Part shown: positions 1 to 9,851 of the stretch, piece after piece
Numbering within the stretch: position 1 is the first letter of the stretch
How the letters are laid out: every line of letters starts with the position of its first letter
Notes under the pieces: generated by a model
What the model saw: only the letters and a program-made list of their open reading frames with translations
Database searches by the model: none
Told to the model about the DNA's origin: nothing
Source of the DNA: Candidatus Latescibacterota bacterium
GTDB taxonomy: Bacteria; Latescibacterota; UBA2968; GCA-2709665
Direction of reading: 5' to 3'
Assembly (NCBI GenBank): GCA_963667175.2
Contig: CAXXXF010000017.1
Coordinates: 39,044 to 103,043, forward strand
Length of the DNA: 64,000 nt
Translations under genes and position numbers: made by a program

Positions 1-1
1 C

Positions 2-1852
2 GAATCCATCGGATCGGGTCTTGCGCGCGCGGCGTTGGCCGGCAAGGTCAACGGCCGGGCCATGGATCTCACAACGTCACTGGATGGCAACGCCGACCTG
101 GAGATTCTCACGTTCTCCAGCGACGCCGGCAAGGAAGTGTACTGGCACAGCACGGCCCATATTATGGCGCAAGCGGTACAGGACCTGTTTCCGGACGTGA
201 AAGTCACGCTGGGCCCGCCCATCGAAAAAGGCTTCTATTACGACTTCGACCGGGAAAAGCCATTCACGCCGGATGAATTGCGCCGGATCGAAGTCCGCAT
301 GCGCGAACTCATTGCGGAAGCCCAGCCGTTCGAACGCCAGGAGATCACCCGGGAGGCCGCGATCGAACTGTTCGGAGCGCGCGGCGAAACCTACAAACTG
401 GAAATCCTGGAGGAAATCGAACCCGGCGAGACCATCAGCATCTATAAGAATGCAGACAAGTGGCTGGACCTCTGCCGTGGGCCGCATGTCCCCGACACCG
501 GCCGCATCAAGTCGGTCAAACTGCTGAGTTCCTCGGGCGCATACTGGCGGGGAGACGAAAACAACGTGATGCTCCAGCGCATCTACGGCATCTCGTTTCC
601 GGGCCGGAAAGACCTCGACGCCTATTTGGAGTACCTGGAAGAAGCCAGGAACCGCGACCACCGCGACATCGGCACGCGCCTCGATCTCTTTTCGATCAAC
701 GATACCGCCGGACCCGGCCTGGTGCTCTGGCATCCAAAAGGCGCGCGAATCAGGAACCAGATCGAAGACTTCTGGCGCGAAGCGCACTACGACGGCGGAT
801 ACGATCTGGTCGGTTCGCCCCATATCGGCCGCTCCCGGCTCTGGGAAACCAGCGGCCATCTGGATTTTTTCCAGGAGAACATGTACCCCCCGATGGATGT
901 CGACGGTCAGGCCTATTTCGCCAAACCGATGAATTGCCCCTTCCACATCCTCATCTACAAATCGAGGCGGCGCAGTTACCGGGAGCTTCCCTTTCGATGG
1001 GCGGAGCTGGGCACCGTCTACCGCTACGAAATGGTCGGCACGCTTCACGGCCTGCTGCGGGTGCGCGGATTCACCCAGGACGACGCCCATATCTTCTGTC
1101 GCCCGGACCAGGTGGAGGAGGAAGTCGCACGGGTTATCGACTTCACGATGTTCATCCTCAAGTCATTCGGCTTTGAGGACTTCAACGTTTACATCTCGAC
1201 GCGGCCCGATAAAGCGGTTGGAGATCCCGCCGACTGGGATAGAGCCACCGACGCCCTCAAGCGGGCCGTCGACACCCAGAAGTTGCCGTATCGGATCGAC
1301 GAAGGCGCCGGCGCATTCTACGGCCCCAAGATCGACGTGACCATCAACGACGCCCTGAACAGGGAATGGCAATGCACCACCATTCAGTTTGATTTTAACC
1401 TTCCGGAACGCTTCGACCTCAGCTTTGTCGGACCCGACGGGAAATTTCACCGCCCGTATATGGTCCATCGCGCCCTTCTGGGCGCGATGGAACGGTTCTT
1501 CGGCCTGCTGATCGAGCATTACGCGGGGAACTTCCCGCTCTGGCTTGCGCCCGTGCAGGCCGTCGTACTTCCCGTATCCGATCCCTTTGTCGAATACGCC
1601 GGCCAGGTCGCCAGCCGCCTCAACAGCGCGGGTCTCCGCGCCGAAGTGGACCCGCAGGACGCGAAACTCGGATTCAAGATCCGCGAGGCCGAAGTGCAGA
1701 AAATTCCGTACATGATCATTGTGGGAAAACAGGAAGTCGCCGCGCAGACCATTTCGGTCCGCAGACATGGCGCCGGCGACCTCGGAAGGATGTCCACGCT
1801 CAATCTGATTGCCAGGATGCAGCAGGAAGTCGAGACGAAGAGCGCCACCTGA
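2..1852 (+). CDS. thrS: threonine--tRNA ligase, 5' end cut by the window edge
   Basis: The frame is open from base 2 (ESIGSGLARAALAGKVNG, end of the TGS domain). It is collinear with E. coli ThrRS and has class II motifs FRWAELGTVYRYE, RVRGFTQDDAHIF and GAFYGPKID. Confidence 0.97.
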   Translation, partial: ESIGSGLARAALAGKVNGRAMDLTTSLDGNADLEILTFSSDAGKEVYWHSTAHIMAQAVQDLFPDVKVTLGPPIEKGFYYDFDREKPFTPDELRRIEVRMRELIAEAQPFERQEITREAAIELFGARGETYKLEILEEIEPGETISIYKNADKWLDLCRGPHVPDTGRIKSVKLLSSSGAYWRGDENNVMLQRIYGISFPGRKDLDAYLEYLEEARNRDHRDIGTRLDLFSINDTAGPGLVLWHPKGARIRNQIEDFWREAHYDGGYDLVGSPHIGRSRLWETSGHLDFFQENMYPPMDVDGQAYFAKPMNCPFHILIYKSRRRSYRELPFRWAELGTVYRYEMVGTLHGLLRVRGFTQDDAHIFCRPDQVEEEVARVIDFTMFILKSFGFEDFNVYISTRPDKAVGDPADWDRATDALKRAVDTQKLPYRIDEGAGAFYGPKIDVTINDALNREWQCTTIQFDFNLPERFDLSFVGPDGKFHRPYMVHRALLGAMERFFGLLIEHYAGNFPLWLAPVQAVVLPVSDPFVEYAGQVASRLNSAGLRAEVDPQDAKLGFKIREAEVQKIPYMIIVGKQEVAAQTISVRRHGAGDLGRMSTLNLIARMQQEVETKSAT

Positions 1853-1910
1853 GTCCCTATTTTTCCAATTTGGCCCAAGACGGCACGGACCAATTTCGGA
1901 GGTGATCGGT

Positions 1911-2447
1911 ATCAACAGAGGTCGAAGAGTTTTCAGAGATCGAAAGCAGGAAAGAGCGCCCCGCGTCAACGAGCAGATCCGCGTACCTCAAATCCGACTG
2001 GTCGACAAAGACGGCGAACAGGTCGGCATTGTTGAAACCCGGAAGGCGATGGAAATGGCAATGGAAGCCGAACTCGACCTCGTCGAAGTCGCTCCCAACG
2101 CCCGCCCGCCGGTCTGCCGGATCATGAATTACGGAAAGTACCGATATGAGCAGAGCAAGAAGCAGAAGAAAGGCAAAAAGAGCGGGTCGCAACTGAAAGA
2201 GATACGTCTGGGCCCCCGAATCAGCGACCACGATTACGAATTCAAGATGCGCCACGCCGAAAACTTCCTGAAACACCGGCACAAAGTCAGGATCACCGTG
2301 GAGTTCCGCGGCCGGCAGAATATGTATCGAATGCAGGGCAGACAGCTGCTGGAACGCGCCGAAGAGGACCTCCGGGAGATCGGCGCCGCCGAAGTGCCTA
2401 TCAAGGACGAGGGTCGCAACATCGTCATCATTATCGCTCCGAAATAA
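1911..2447 (+). CDS. infC: translation initiation factor IF-3; start uncertain (ATC 1911 after GGAGG 1898-1902, or GTG 1902)
   Basis: VNEQIRVPQIRLVDKDGEQVGIV...PPVCRIMNYGKYRYE is collinear with E. coli IF3. There is no ATG near the expected N-terminus, and IF3 genes classically use rare start codons. Confidence 0.88.
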   Translation: MNRGRRVFRDRKQERAPRVNEQIRVPQIRLVDKDGEQVGIVETRKAMEMAMEAELDLVEVAPNARPPVCRIMNYGKYRYEQSKKQKKGKKSGSQLKEIRLGPRISDHDYEFKMRHAENFLKHRHKVRITVEFRGRQNMYRMQGRQLLERAEEDLREIGAAEVPIKDEGRNIVIIIAPK

Positions 2448-2588
2448 CGTTCGCCGACGGCGCCGGCACACGAGGAATCGGAACGCGACGCCGGGGAAGA
2501 CCCGGACGTCTCCGGTTCGCCCGGTCCGGCCCTTCGTCGCCGCCCCTCTCGCGTGCGGCGAAATACGAACCTTCCCAAGGAGTTGGAC

Positions 2589-2783
2589 GTGCCTAAAATG
2601 AAAACCCATCGGGGAGCCGCGAAACGGTTCAAGCGCCGGAAATCCGGTACGATCGGCCGCGGAAAGTCAACGGTCACGCATAACCTGACGAGCAAGAGCA
2701 GCAAACGCAAGATGCACCTTCGAAAGTCCACGGTGGTGCACAAATCGGACCAGGACCGGGTACAGCGCCTGCTGCCCAACTGA
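2589..2783 (+). CDS. rpmI: 50S ribosomal protein L35
   Basis: [23 protein letters not shown] at 2589 sits 6 nt after AAGGAG. It has the canonical position after infC. Confidence 0.93.
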   Translation: MPKMKTHRGAAKRFKRRKSGTIGRGKSTVTHNLTSKSSKRKMHLRKSTVVHKSDQDRVQRLLPN

Positions 2784-2900
2784 CAGGCCGCTACGCCCCG
2801 AAAACGCAAGTACTCTTCCCGCGTCCGTTCGGATTTTGAGTTGAGGCTACGGCGGACCGGAGGCAAAGACCGCGCCAGGCGTTGCCAGGAGACCATCGAT

Positions 2901-3254
2901 ATGGCCAGAACAACGAATAGCGTCGCATCCCGGCGCAGACGGAAAAAGATCCTGAAAGCCGCGCGAGGCTACCGCGGAGGACGGAGCAAGCTCTATCGCA
3001 CCGCGGACGACGCCGTTCATCGTGCGCTTTCCTATGCATACAGGGACCGTCGCCAGAAAAAGAGGAATTTCCGCTCGCTGTGGATCGTTCGAATCAATGC
3101 CGCGGCCCGGCTTAACGGACTCTCGTACAGCAGCCTGATCAACGGTCTCAAGAAAGCCGATATAGCCGTTGACAGAAAAGTCCTGGCCAACCTCGCCGTC
3201 ACGGATGCAACTGCGTTCACGGCGCTTGCGGAACAGGCTCGACGAGCCCTGTAG
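2901..3254 (+). CDS. rplT: 50S ribosomal protein L20
   Basis: [33 protein letters not shown]...[10 protein letters not shown]; infC-rpmI-rplT synteny. Confidence 0.95.
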   Translation: MARTTNSVASRRRRKKILKAARGYRGGRSKLYRTADDAVHRALSYAYRDRRQKKRNFRSLWIVRINAAARLNGLSYSSLINGLKKADIAVDRKVLANLAVTDATAFTALAEQARRAL

Positions 3255-3348
3255 ATCGCCCTCCAAATCGCGGAATCCTGTCGAAAAGACGTTCCCTGGA
3301 ATCCACCCCGATTCCGTTCTCGTTCCCCGTACAAACGGTATCCCGCCC

Positions 3349-3377
3349 TTGACTTTGGGCCATGGAGGGTTTACATT
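3349..3377 (+). promoter_or_regulatory. sigma70-like promoter TTGACT-N17-TACATT
   Basis: Hexamers at 3349-3354 and 3372-3377 with exact 17-nt spacing. It lies 245 nt upstream of the next CDS. Confidence 0.4.
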
Positions 3378-3622
3378 GCTTAGCAGCCCGCAGATAAAGT
3401 CCATCCGGGCTACGTCCGGCTCTTGTGACCGAATGACGGCGTTGCCTGCCTGTGCGTGTCCGCACGCAGACAGGCACGCCTTGTCTTCGGCCACAATGAC
3501 TCGGCTTCGCCTGCAGAGCGACTTTTTCAACGGACTGTTAGCGTGCGGATACACACGCGGAATTATGCTCTCTGACTGCACAGACGCGCCGAAAACGACG
3601 TCATCCATGAAAGGGTGAGACC

Positions 3623-4276
3623 ATGGAAGCGCAAGATCGGGCAAACGAACAGCCGGAGTCGGGGATCGGGGACGACGAACCTTTCGAATCCGACGGCCAG
3701 ACGGACGAGACGACGCAAACAGACGACCAGGAACACGTACAGCTGGACCTCCAGGATCGGGACGAAGACGCCATCGAGGCTGTCCACGTGACAGACGCAC
3801 AGACGGAATTCAAGGACCCCGAAGGCGGACAGCTCGATCTCCAGGACCGGCGGGACGAGTCCCTCGAATCCGTCGCCCATTCGGACGAGCCTGCGGCTAC
3901 GGTGGAAACTGAAGAACCGCGGGTTGAAACGGAGGATGGCACAGACGGGCAGGCGGACGCCGGCGACCATGAAGAGGCCCGGATGGAGTCGGAAAACCGG
4001 GTGTCCGAGCAGCTGGATCACCTGATCAGTGAAATCGACCGCGCCGTCGGGATTATCCGGCAGTTGCGACAGCGGACCGCCGAACTCGACGAGAGAAACC
4101 GGGAACTTCAGGAACGACTGGAAAACAAGGACCAGGTGATCTCCGGATTGCAGGCAGAAAGGGAACGTCTCCGGTCCATCTACGATAATAATGCATCGCT
4201 GATTGAAAACAAGGAGGAGATCCAACGCAAAATCGAAACCATGATCTCGCGTCTGGATTCAGTGAATACAGCGTAA
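3623..4276 (+). CDS. acidic protein with C-terminal coiled coil (ZapB-like?), directly upstream of zapA
   Basis: The N-terminal D/E-rich half has an internal duplication (QLDLQDRDEDAIEAV / QLDLQDRRDESLESV). The C-terminal heptad-rich segment is RTAELDERNRELQERLENKDQVISGLQAERERL. Confidence 0.5.
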   Translation: MEAQDRANEQPESGIGDDEPFESDGQTDETTQTDDQEHVQLDLQDRDEDAIEAVHVTDAQTEFKDPEGGQLDLQDRRDESLESVAHSDEPAATVETEEPRVETEDGTDGQADAGDHEEARMESENRVSEQLDHLISEIDRAVGIIRQLRQRTAELDERNRELQERLENKDQVISGLQAERERLRSIYDNNASLIENKEEIQRKIETMISRLDSVNTA

Positions 4277-4328
4277 AACAGCACCGCCGACGTCCACGCC
4301 GCGCCACGGAGCTTCACGCTGCGTCCGG

Positions 4329-4628
4329 ATGTCCCGAGGTCTCATGTCTGAACAACCGCTAATACGCGTCCAGATCTTCGGCACCGAATACAACGTCCAC
4401 TCGGAAGGCGACCCGGATCACGCCCGGGCCGTGGCACGGTACGTCGACCAGAAAATGCGTGACGTCGCAAACGCCATTTCACTTCGTTCGGTTGCCAAGA
4501 TTGCAGTCGTAGCCGCCGTCAATCTCGCGCACGAACTGCTCAAAGAGGAAGAAGCCAGTCGAAAGTTGGGTAAGACCCTGACGGACAAGACCCACAATCT
4601 TGCCTCTTTAACAAACCGGATTGCGTAG
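4329..4628 (+). CDS. zapA: cell division protein ZapA (alternative start ATG 4344)
   Basis: IRVQIFGTEYNVHSEGDPDHARAVARYVDQKMRDV...AVVAAVNLAHELLKE matches the ZapA pattern. Confidence 0.8.
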   Translation: MSRGLMSEQPLIRVQIFGTEYNVHSEGDPDHARAVARYVDQKMRDVANAISLRSVAKIAVVAAVNLAHELLKEEEASRKLGKTLTDKTHNLASLTNRIA

Positions 4629-4831
4629 AGACGACCTCGATCATATAGGTCGTGCCTGCAATTCCGCACACCCAGGCCGGATCAACGATTCCGGTGCCGC
4701 CTGCTGCGTTCATCTGAAACCATCCGGAGCGATCACCGCGACCCGGACGGGACGTGCGGAACCGGATGAGCGCAAGCGGGTTTTTTTTGTTTACGAGTTG
4801 ATGCGTGGTCCCAATTGACGTGGAGGCCGAA

Positions 4832-6418
4832 ATGAACCTGCCGATAGACACGACCATGGAAGTCGTGACGATCATCATGCTGTCGGCCGGGCTGCTTATA
4901 CTGGGATTCATCCTGGGTTGGCTGATCAGCGGCAAGATCGCGAAGCGCAAGATTCATCGCGCCGAACTCTCCGCGGAGAAAATTCTGGAAGATGCCCAGA
5001 CCGAAGCCGACGCAATGAAACGGACGGCGGTCCTGGAGGCCAAAGACAGGATACAGCAGGAGCGGCTCCGGTTCGATCAGGAACTGAAAGAAAAACGCGA
5101 TCGGTCCAACAGGGAAGAGTCGAAACTGAGCAGCCTCAGACGGCAACTCGACAAACGTGCGGACCTGTTGAACGACAAGGAAAAACTGGCTACGGAGAAA
5201 GATGAGGGGCTCCGGCTTCTGGAGGAGCAGCTCGCGGACCGGTCACGGGAACTTGAACAGGGCCAGCTGAGGCAGAACAGGCGCCTGGAACAGATCGCGG
5301 GTCTTACGAAGGAAGAGGCAAAACGGGTCCTGATGGCCAACATGGAAGCGGATGCGGAACGCGATGCGGAATGGCGGCTGAAGGAAATCCGCGACGACGC
5401 ACTCGTCCGGGCAAACGATGAAGCCCGGGAAATCATCGCCGGAGCGATTCAACGATTGGCCGCGGACCATACCATCGAGTCCACCGTTGCGGTCGTACGC
5501 CTGCCTTCCGACGAGATGAAGGGGCGGATTATCGGGCGTGAGGGCCGAAATATCCGGGCCTTTGAAATGGCCACGGGAGTGGACGTCACGATCGACGACA
5601 CGCCCGAAGCGGTCATCCTGTCGGGGTTCGACCCCATCCGCCGCGCGATCGCGCAGATTGCCATGGAACAACTGATTCTGGACGGGCGCATCCACCCGGG
5701 ACGGATCGAAGAAATCGTACAGAAGTCGAGGGAGTCGATTCAGGAGGTCATGCACGATGCCGGCGTCCAGGCGGCATTCGACGTGGGCGTACCGGGCCTG
5801 CACGATCGTCTCGTCGCTTGCCTGGGCCGACTCAAATATCGCACGAGCTACGGTCAGAACGTACTGAATCACAGCAAAGAGGTGGCCTTTCTAGCGGGTA
5901 TGATGGCCACTTCGCTTGGACTCGACGCCCAGCTGACCAAACGCGCGGGATTGCTTCACGACGTCGGCAAAGGGTTGGCGCACGAAGCCGAGGGCACGTA
6001 CGGAGAGAATGGCGCTGACCTGGCGCGCAAATACGGTGAAGACACGATTGTGATAAACGCGATCGAGGCGCATCATGGAGATTCGGACCCGATTTCGCCG
6101 GTTGCCGTACTGGTCGACGCGGCCGACACCGTTTCCAGGTCGCGGCCGGGCGCGCAGCGCGAACAGATCGAGAATTACGTCCGACGCCTGGAACGACTGG
6201 AGTCCATCGCCAAGATGATCCAGGGCGTCGAATCGGTCTTCGCCATCAAAGCCGGACAGGAGGTCCGTGTGGTGGCGGACTCCGATATGATGAGCGACGC
6301 CGACACGGAACGCCTGGCCACGCAGATCGTCTCCCGGCTCACGGAAGACGCCACCTGCCCGGGGCCGGTCAAGGTAACCGTCATCAGAGAAACGCGTTCG
6401 GTGGACTTTGCGCGCTGA
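4832..6418 (+). CDS. rny: ribonuclease Y (N-terminal TM, coiled coil, KH, HD domains)
   Basis: ATG 4832 follows GGAGG. KH motif GRIIGREGRNIRAFE; HD motif LLHDVGK...IEAHHGD. Confidence 0.93.
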   Translation: MNLPIDTTMEVVTIIMLSAGLLILGFILGWLISGKIAKRKIHRAELSAEKILEDAQTEADAMKRTAVLEAKDRIQQERLRFDQELKEKRDRSNREESKLSSLRRQLDKRADLLNDKEKLATEKDEGLRLLEEQLADRSRELEQGQLRQNRRLEQIAGLTKEEAKRVLMANMEADAERDAEWRLKEIRDDALVRANDEAREIIAGAIQRLAADHTIESTVAVVRLPSDEMKGRIIGREGRNIRAFEMATGVDVTIDDTPEAVILSGFDPIRRAIAQIAMEQLILDGRIHPGRIEEIVQKSRESIQEVMHDAGVQAAFDVGVPGLHDRLVACLGRLKYRTSYGQNVLNHSKEVAFLAGMMATSLGLDAQLTKRAGLLHDVGKGLAHEAEGTYGENGADLARKYGEDTIVINAIEAHHGDSDPISPVAVLVDAADTVSRSRPGAQREQIENYVRRLERLESIAKMIQGVESVFAIKAGQEVRVVADSDMMSDADTERLATQIVSRLTEDATCPGPVKVTVIRETRSVDFAR

Positions 6419-6561
6419 AGGCGCCGGCCCGGTCCCCGCTTTCCCCGCAACCGTATCCCGAAGGTCCGCGTGTCCGTTGCCGGCTTTATTGCCTGCCGGA
6501 ACAAACGCCTGCGCGCGGGCAACTCAGCCTCACTCATTGACCGAAATCTACAGGTGTCCAC

Positions 6562-7350
6562 TTGAATATCCTGTTTGTCGGCGATATCTACGGCAGGCCG
6601 GGCAGAAAAGCGGCCGCGGACCTGATTCCCCGCCTCAAGGAAAGCCACGGGATCGATTTCTGTATCGCCAATGGAGAAAACGCCGCCGGCGGCTTCGGCA
6701 TTACCGAAAACATCGCGAAGAAACTCTTTGCCTACGGGGCCGACGTGATTACCACGGGAAACCACGTCTGGGACCGAAAGGACGACATCCCGTACATACT
6801 CGGCGCCGACCGGGTTCTGCGTCCGTCGAATTTCCCGGAGAGTGTGGGCGGCGCCGGTTACGGCGTCTTCACCGCCTCGAACGGAATCCCGATCGGCGTG
6901 GTCTGCATCCAGGGCCGGGTGCATATGCTCGACCTGGACTGCCCCTTTCGCGTCGGCAGGGAAATAGTGGACCGCCTTCGCCGGCAGACCCCGGTGATTC
7001 TCATCGATTTTCACGCGGAGGCGAGTTCTGAAAAAATCGCGTACGGATGGTTTATGGACGGCCGCGCCAGCGCCGTTCTTGGCACCCACACCCACGTGCA
7101 GACCGCCGATGAGCGCATTCTGCCGGGCGGAACGGCCTACGTGTCCGACGCCGGCATGACCGGCCCCCACGACTCCGTGATCGGCACCCGCAAGGAGCCG
7201 GTGATCCAGCGGTTTCTGGACCGTATGCCTGTGCGGTTTGATCCCGCTGAAGGCGACGTCAAGCTTTGCGGCGTCGTCGTGGAAGTCGAAGACGAAACCG
7301 GAAAAGCGACACGAATCGAGAGACTGCGCGTCGACTGGCAGGAGACCTGA
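6562..7350 (+). CDS. ymdB: YmdB-family metallophosphoesterase (2',3'-cyclic-nucleotide 2'-phosphodiesterase family)
   Basis: Motifs VGDIYGRPGR, ANGENAAGG and TGNHVWD. The rny-ymdB adjacency matches Bacillus. Confidence 0.85.
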   Translation: MNILFVGDIYGRPGRKAAADLIPRLKESHGIDFCIANGENAAGGFGITENIAKKLFAYGADVITTGNHVWDRKDDIPYILGADRVLRPSNFPESVGGAGYGVFTASNGIPIGVVCIQGRVHMLDLDCPFRVGREIVDRLRRQTPVILIDFHAEASSEKIAYGWFMDGRASAVLGTHTHVQTADERILPGGTAYVSDAGMTGPHDSVIGTRKEPVIQRFLDRMPVRFDPAEGDVKLCGVVVEVEDETGKATRIERLRVDWQET

Positions 7351-7352
7351 TC

Positions 7353-8564
7353 GTGGCGGAACGGCCCTATACCGTTACAGAAATAACGCAGGCAATCCGA
7401 AAAAAACTCGAAGCGGAATATCCCGTCCTGTGGGTTGTGGGTGAAATATCTCAATACAACCAGGCGGCTTCGGGCCATCGTTACTTTACTCTCATCGACC
7501 AGACCTGCCAGCTCCGGTGCGTGATGTGGCGGTCTGCGACGCCGGCGTTCCAACCCGAAACCGGCGTCAAGGCGCTCGCCCGGGGGCGGATTACGGTCTA
7601 TGAACGCAACGGCGAGTACCAGCTGATCGTCACGCAGCTCTTCCCCGCTGGCAGCGGCCAGCAGCAACTCGCCCTGGAAGCGTTGAAGCGCAAGCTTCAG
7701 GAGGAAGGGTTGTTCGATCAGGCGCGGAAACGCGCGCTGCCCGCGTTCCCGCTTTCGATCGGTGTGGCCACGTCCCGCACGGGAGCGGCGATTCGGGACA
7801 TTCTCAATGTCCTGGAAAGGCGATTTCCAGGTGTCACCATCATACTCCGGCCGACGCTGGTTCAGGGCGCCGGGGCGCCGGAAGACGTGGCGCTTGCCAT
7901 CGGAGAGCTGAACGCGCACGGCAAGGCTGACGTGCTGATCGTGGGGCGCGGCGGAGGTTCCGTGGAAGACCTGGCCGCGTTCAACACCGAGGTCGTCGTT
8001 CGCGCCATCTGCGGCTCCGGCATTCCCGTAATTTCCGCCGTGGGACACGAAGTTGACGTCACCCTCGCCGACCTTGCCGCCGATTGCAGGGCGCCCACGC
8101 CATCGGCGGCGGCCGAACTGGCCGTTCGCGACGCCGACGAGTTGCGCGCACGGATTCAAAACCTGACAAAGCGCTCCTGCGTCGCGCTGAACCGCTATCT
8201 GAAAGAGAACCAGGACCTGCTCAGCGGCTACATGGGCCGGTACGGATTGCGAAAGGTCGAAGACAACGTCCTCCAGAACGTCCAGACCGTCGACGACCTT
8301 CAGAGGAGCCTCCAGAGCGGCCTCAGGCGCATTTTCGACCTGCGCATGGAATCGTATCGCCGCCGCACCGTCGAACTCGGCGCGCTCAGCCCGCTCTCCG
8401 TCCTGAGCCGGGGGTACAGCCTCACGCATCGGGCCGACAACAATGCGCTGGTCACCCGCGCCGAATCACTTTCGAAGGACGAGCAGGTCCGCGTTCGCCT
8501 GTCCAGAGGCGAAATCTTCTGCACGGTCGACCGTATTCTGGCCGAGAGTCCGACGGTACGTTGA
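7353..8564 (+). CDS. xseA: exodeoxyribonuclease VII large subunit
   Basis: GTG 7353 lies just after the ymdB stop. YTVTEITQAIRKKLEAEYPVLWVVGEISQ (OB fold) and IVGRGGGSVEDLAAFN. Confidence 0.9.
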   Translation: MAERPYTVTEITQAIRKKLEAEYPVLWVVGEISQYNQAASGHRYFTLIDQTCQLRCVMWRSATPAFQPETGVKALARGRITVYERNGEYQLIVTQLFPAGSGQQQLALEALKRKLQEEGLFDQARKRALPAFPLSIGVATSRTGAAIRDILNVLERRFPGVTIILRPTLVQGAGAPEDVALAIGELNAHGKADVLIVGRGGGSVEDLAAFNTEVVVRAICGSGIPVISAVGHEVDVTLADLAADCRAPTPSAAAELAVRDADELRARIQNLTKRSCVALNRYLKENQDLLSGYMGRYGLRKVEDNVLQNVQTVDDLQRSLQSGLRRIFDLRMESYRRRTVELGALSPLSVLSRGYSLTHRADNNALVTRAESLSKDEQVRVRLSRGEIFCTVDRILAESPTVR

Positions 8565-8649
8565 GAGTCGACGGCATTCCCTCTTGACGGTTACGCGGTT
8601 CGGGCGGGTACTCGAACGTTACAGGCCCTTCAAACCCACGAGGAATCCG

Positions 8650-8904
8650 ATGGCCGAAGAAGAACCCACTTTCGAAGAGGCGCTGAAAAAACTCGAGACC
8701 GCGGTAGAGACCCTGGAAGGCGGAAACCTGCCCCTGGCGGAAGCGCTCCGACTCTTCGAAGAGGGACTGAAGGCGTCGAACCACTGCCGCGCGCGGCTCG
8801 AAGAGGCCAGACAACGCGTCGAAGTCCTCGCCGCAGAGAGCGGAAACGACTTTCAGCTGACCGACCTGGATGCCGACGGGGTACCCCCGGAACAGGGTGC
8901 GTAA
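8650..8904 (+). CDS. xseB: exodeoxyribonuclease VII small subunit
   Basis: MAEEEPTFEEALKKLETAVETLEGGNLPLAEALRLFEEG, adjacent to xseA. Confidence 0.85.
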   Translation: MAEEEPTFEEALKKLETAVETLEGGNLPLAEALRLFEEGLKASNHCRARLEEARQRVEVLAAESGNDFQLTDLDADGVPPEQGA

Positions 8905-8982
8905 CACCGATTGCGAGATCCGGAAATTCAGGCTACATTGATTTATGCAGCCACAGCGTATTATTTACGAAGAGCGGTTCCA

Positions 8983-9849
8983 GTGAAGCGCATCGGCATT
9001 CTTGCATATATCGAACGAGACGGCATCGGTCCCATCCTCCAGAATTTCGTGAGGCTCGCGCAGGACCAGGACATCGAGCTCATTCTGGAGGAACCGTTAC
9101 GGGAAGTTTGTGTCTCCAGCGGGGTCTCTTACCGGCCAGGCGCCCACCTGGCCGGTTGTTCGGATATTGTCGTCGCCCTGGGCGGCGACGGCACCATTCT
9201 GCGCGCGGCCAACCTGGTCGGCGCTACGCAGAAGCCCATTCTGGGCGTCAACCTCGGGCGGCTGGGGTTTCTGGCGGGAGCCGCGCTCGAAGAGTTGCGG
9301 GAAAGTCTGGGCAGATTGAAACGGGGGGAATACCAGCTCGAGGAACGCATGGCCCTCGAAGCGGAAATCGGCAACAGGACTTTTTTCGCGCTCAATGAGT
9401 TCGTATTCGAAAAAGCGGTGCTCGCCCGTCTGGTCCAGGTGAAGTCCTGGATTTCCGAAACGCCGTTCAGCTCCTTTTTCGGGAACGGCATTATCGTATC
9501 CACCCCAACGGGCTCAACCAGTTACAGCCTTTCCGCGGGAGGGCCCATCGTCCATCCCGATCTGCGGGCATTCATCGTCACGCCAATCTGCGCGCACTCG
9601 CTATCGTTGCGTCCCGCCGTCGTCCCGGGCAGTCAGTCGATCACCGTGCAGATGATCGCCGAACACACCGATATCATGGTCACCGCGGACGGCAAGATCG
9701 TCTCTCCGATACAGCCTGAAGAACGCGTGCACATCCGACAGGCCGCCCATACCACCCGCCTGATCAACCTCCAGGGGCTGTCCTTCTATCAGTTGCTCAG
9801 TCGAAAACTGGACTGGAGTCTGGACCGGCGCAAAACTCGGGAGTACTGA
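8983..9849 (+). CDS. nadK: NAD+ kinase
   Basis: VALGGDGTILRAANL, GVNLGRLGFL and STPTGSTSYSLSAGGPIV. Confidence 0.85.
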   Translation: MKRIGILAYIERDGIGPILQNFVRLAQDQDIELILEEPLREVCVSSGVSYRPGAHLAGCSDIVVALGGDGTILRAANLVGATQKPILGVNLGRLGFLAGAALEELRESLGRLKRGEYQLEERMALEAEIGNRTFFALNEFVFEKAVLARLVQVKSWISETPFSSFFGNGIIVSTPTGSTSYSLSAGGPIVHPDLRAFIVTPICAHSLSLRPAVVPGSQSITVQMIAEHTDIMVTADGKIVSPIQPEERVHIRQAAHTTRLINLQGLSFYQLLSRKLDWSLDRRKTREY

Positions 9850-9851
9850 AC

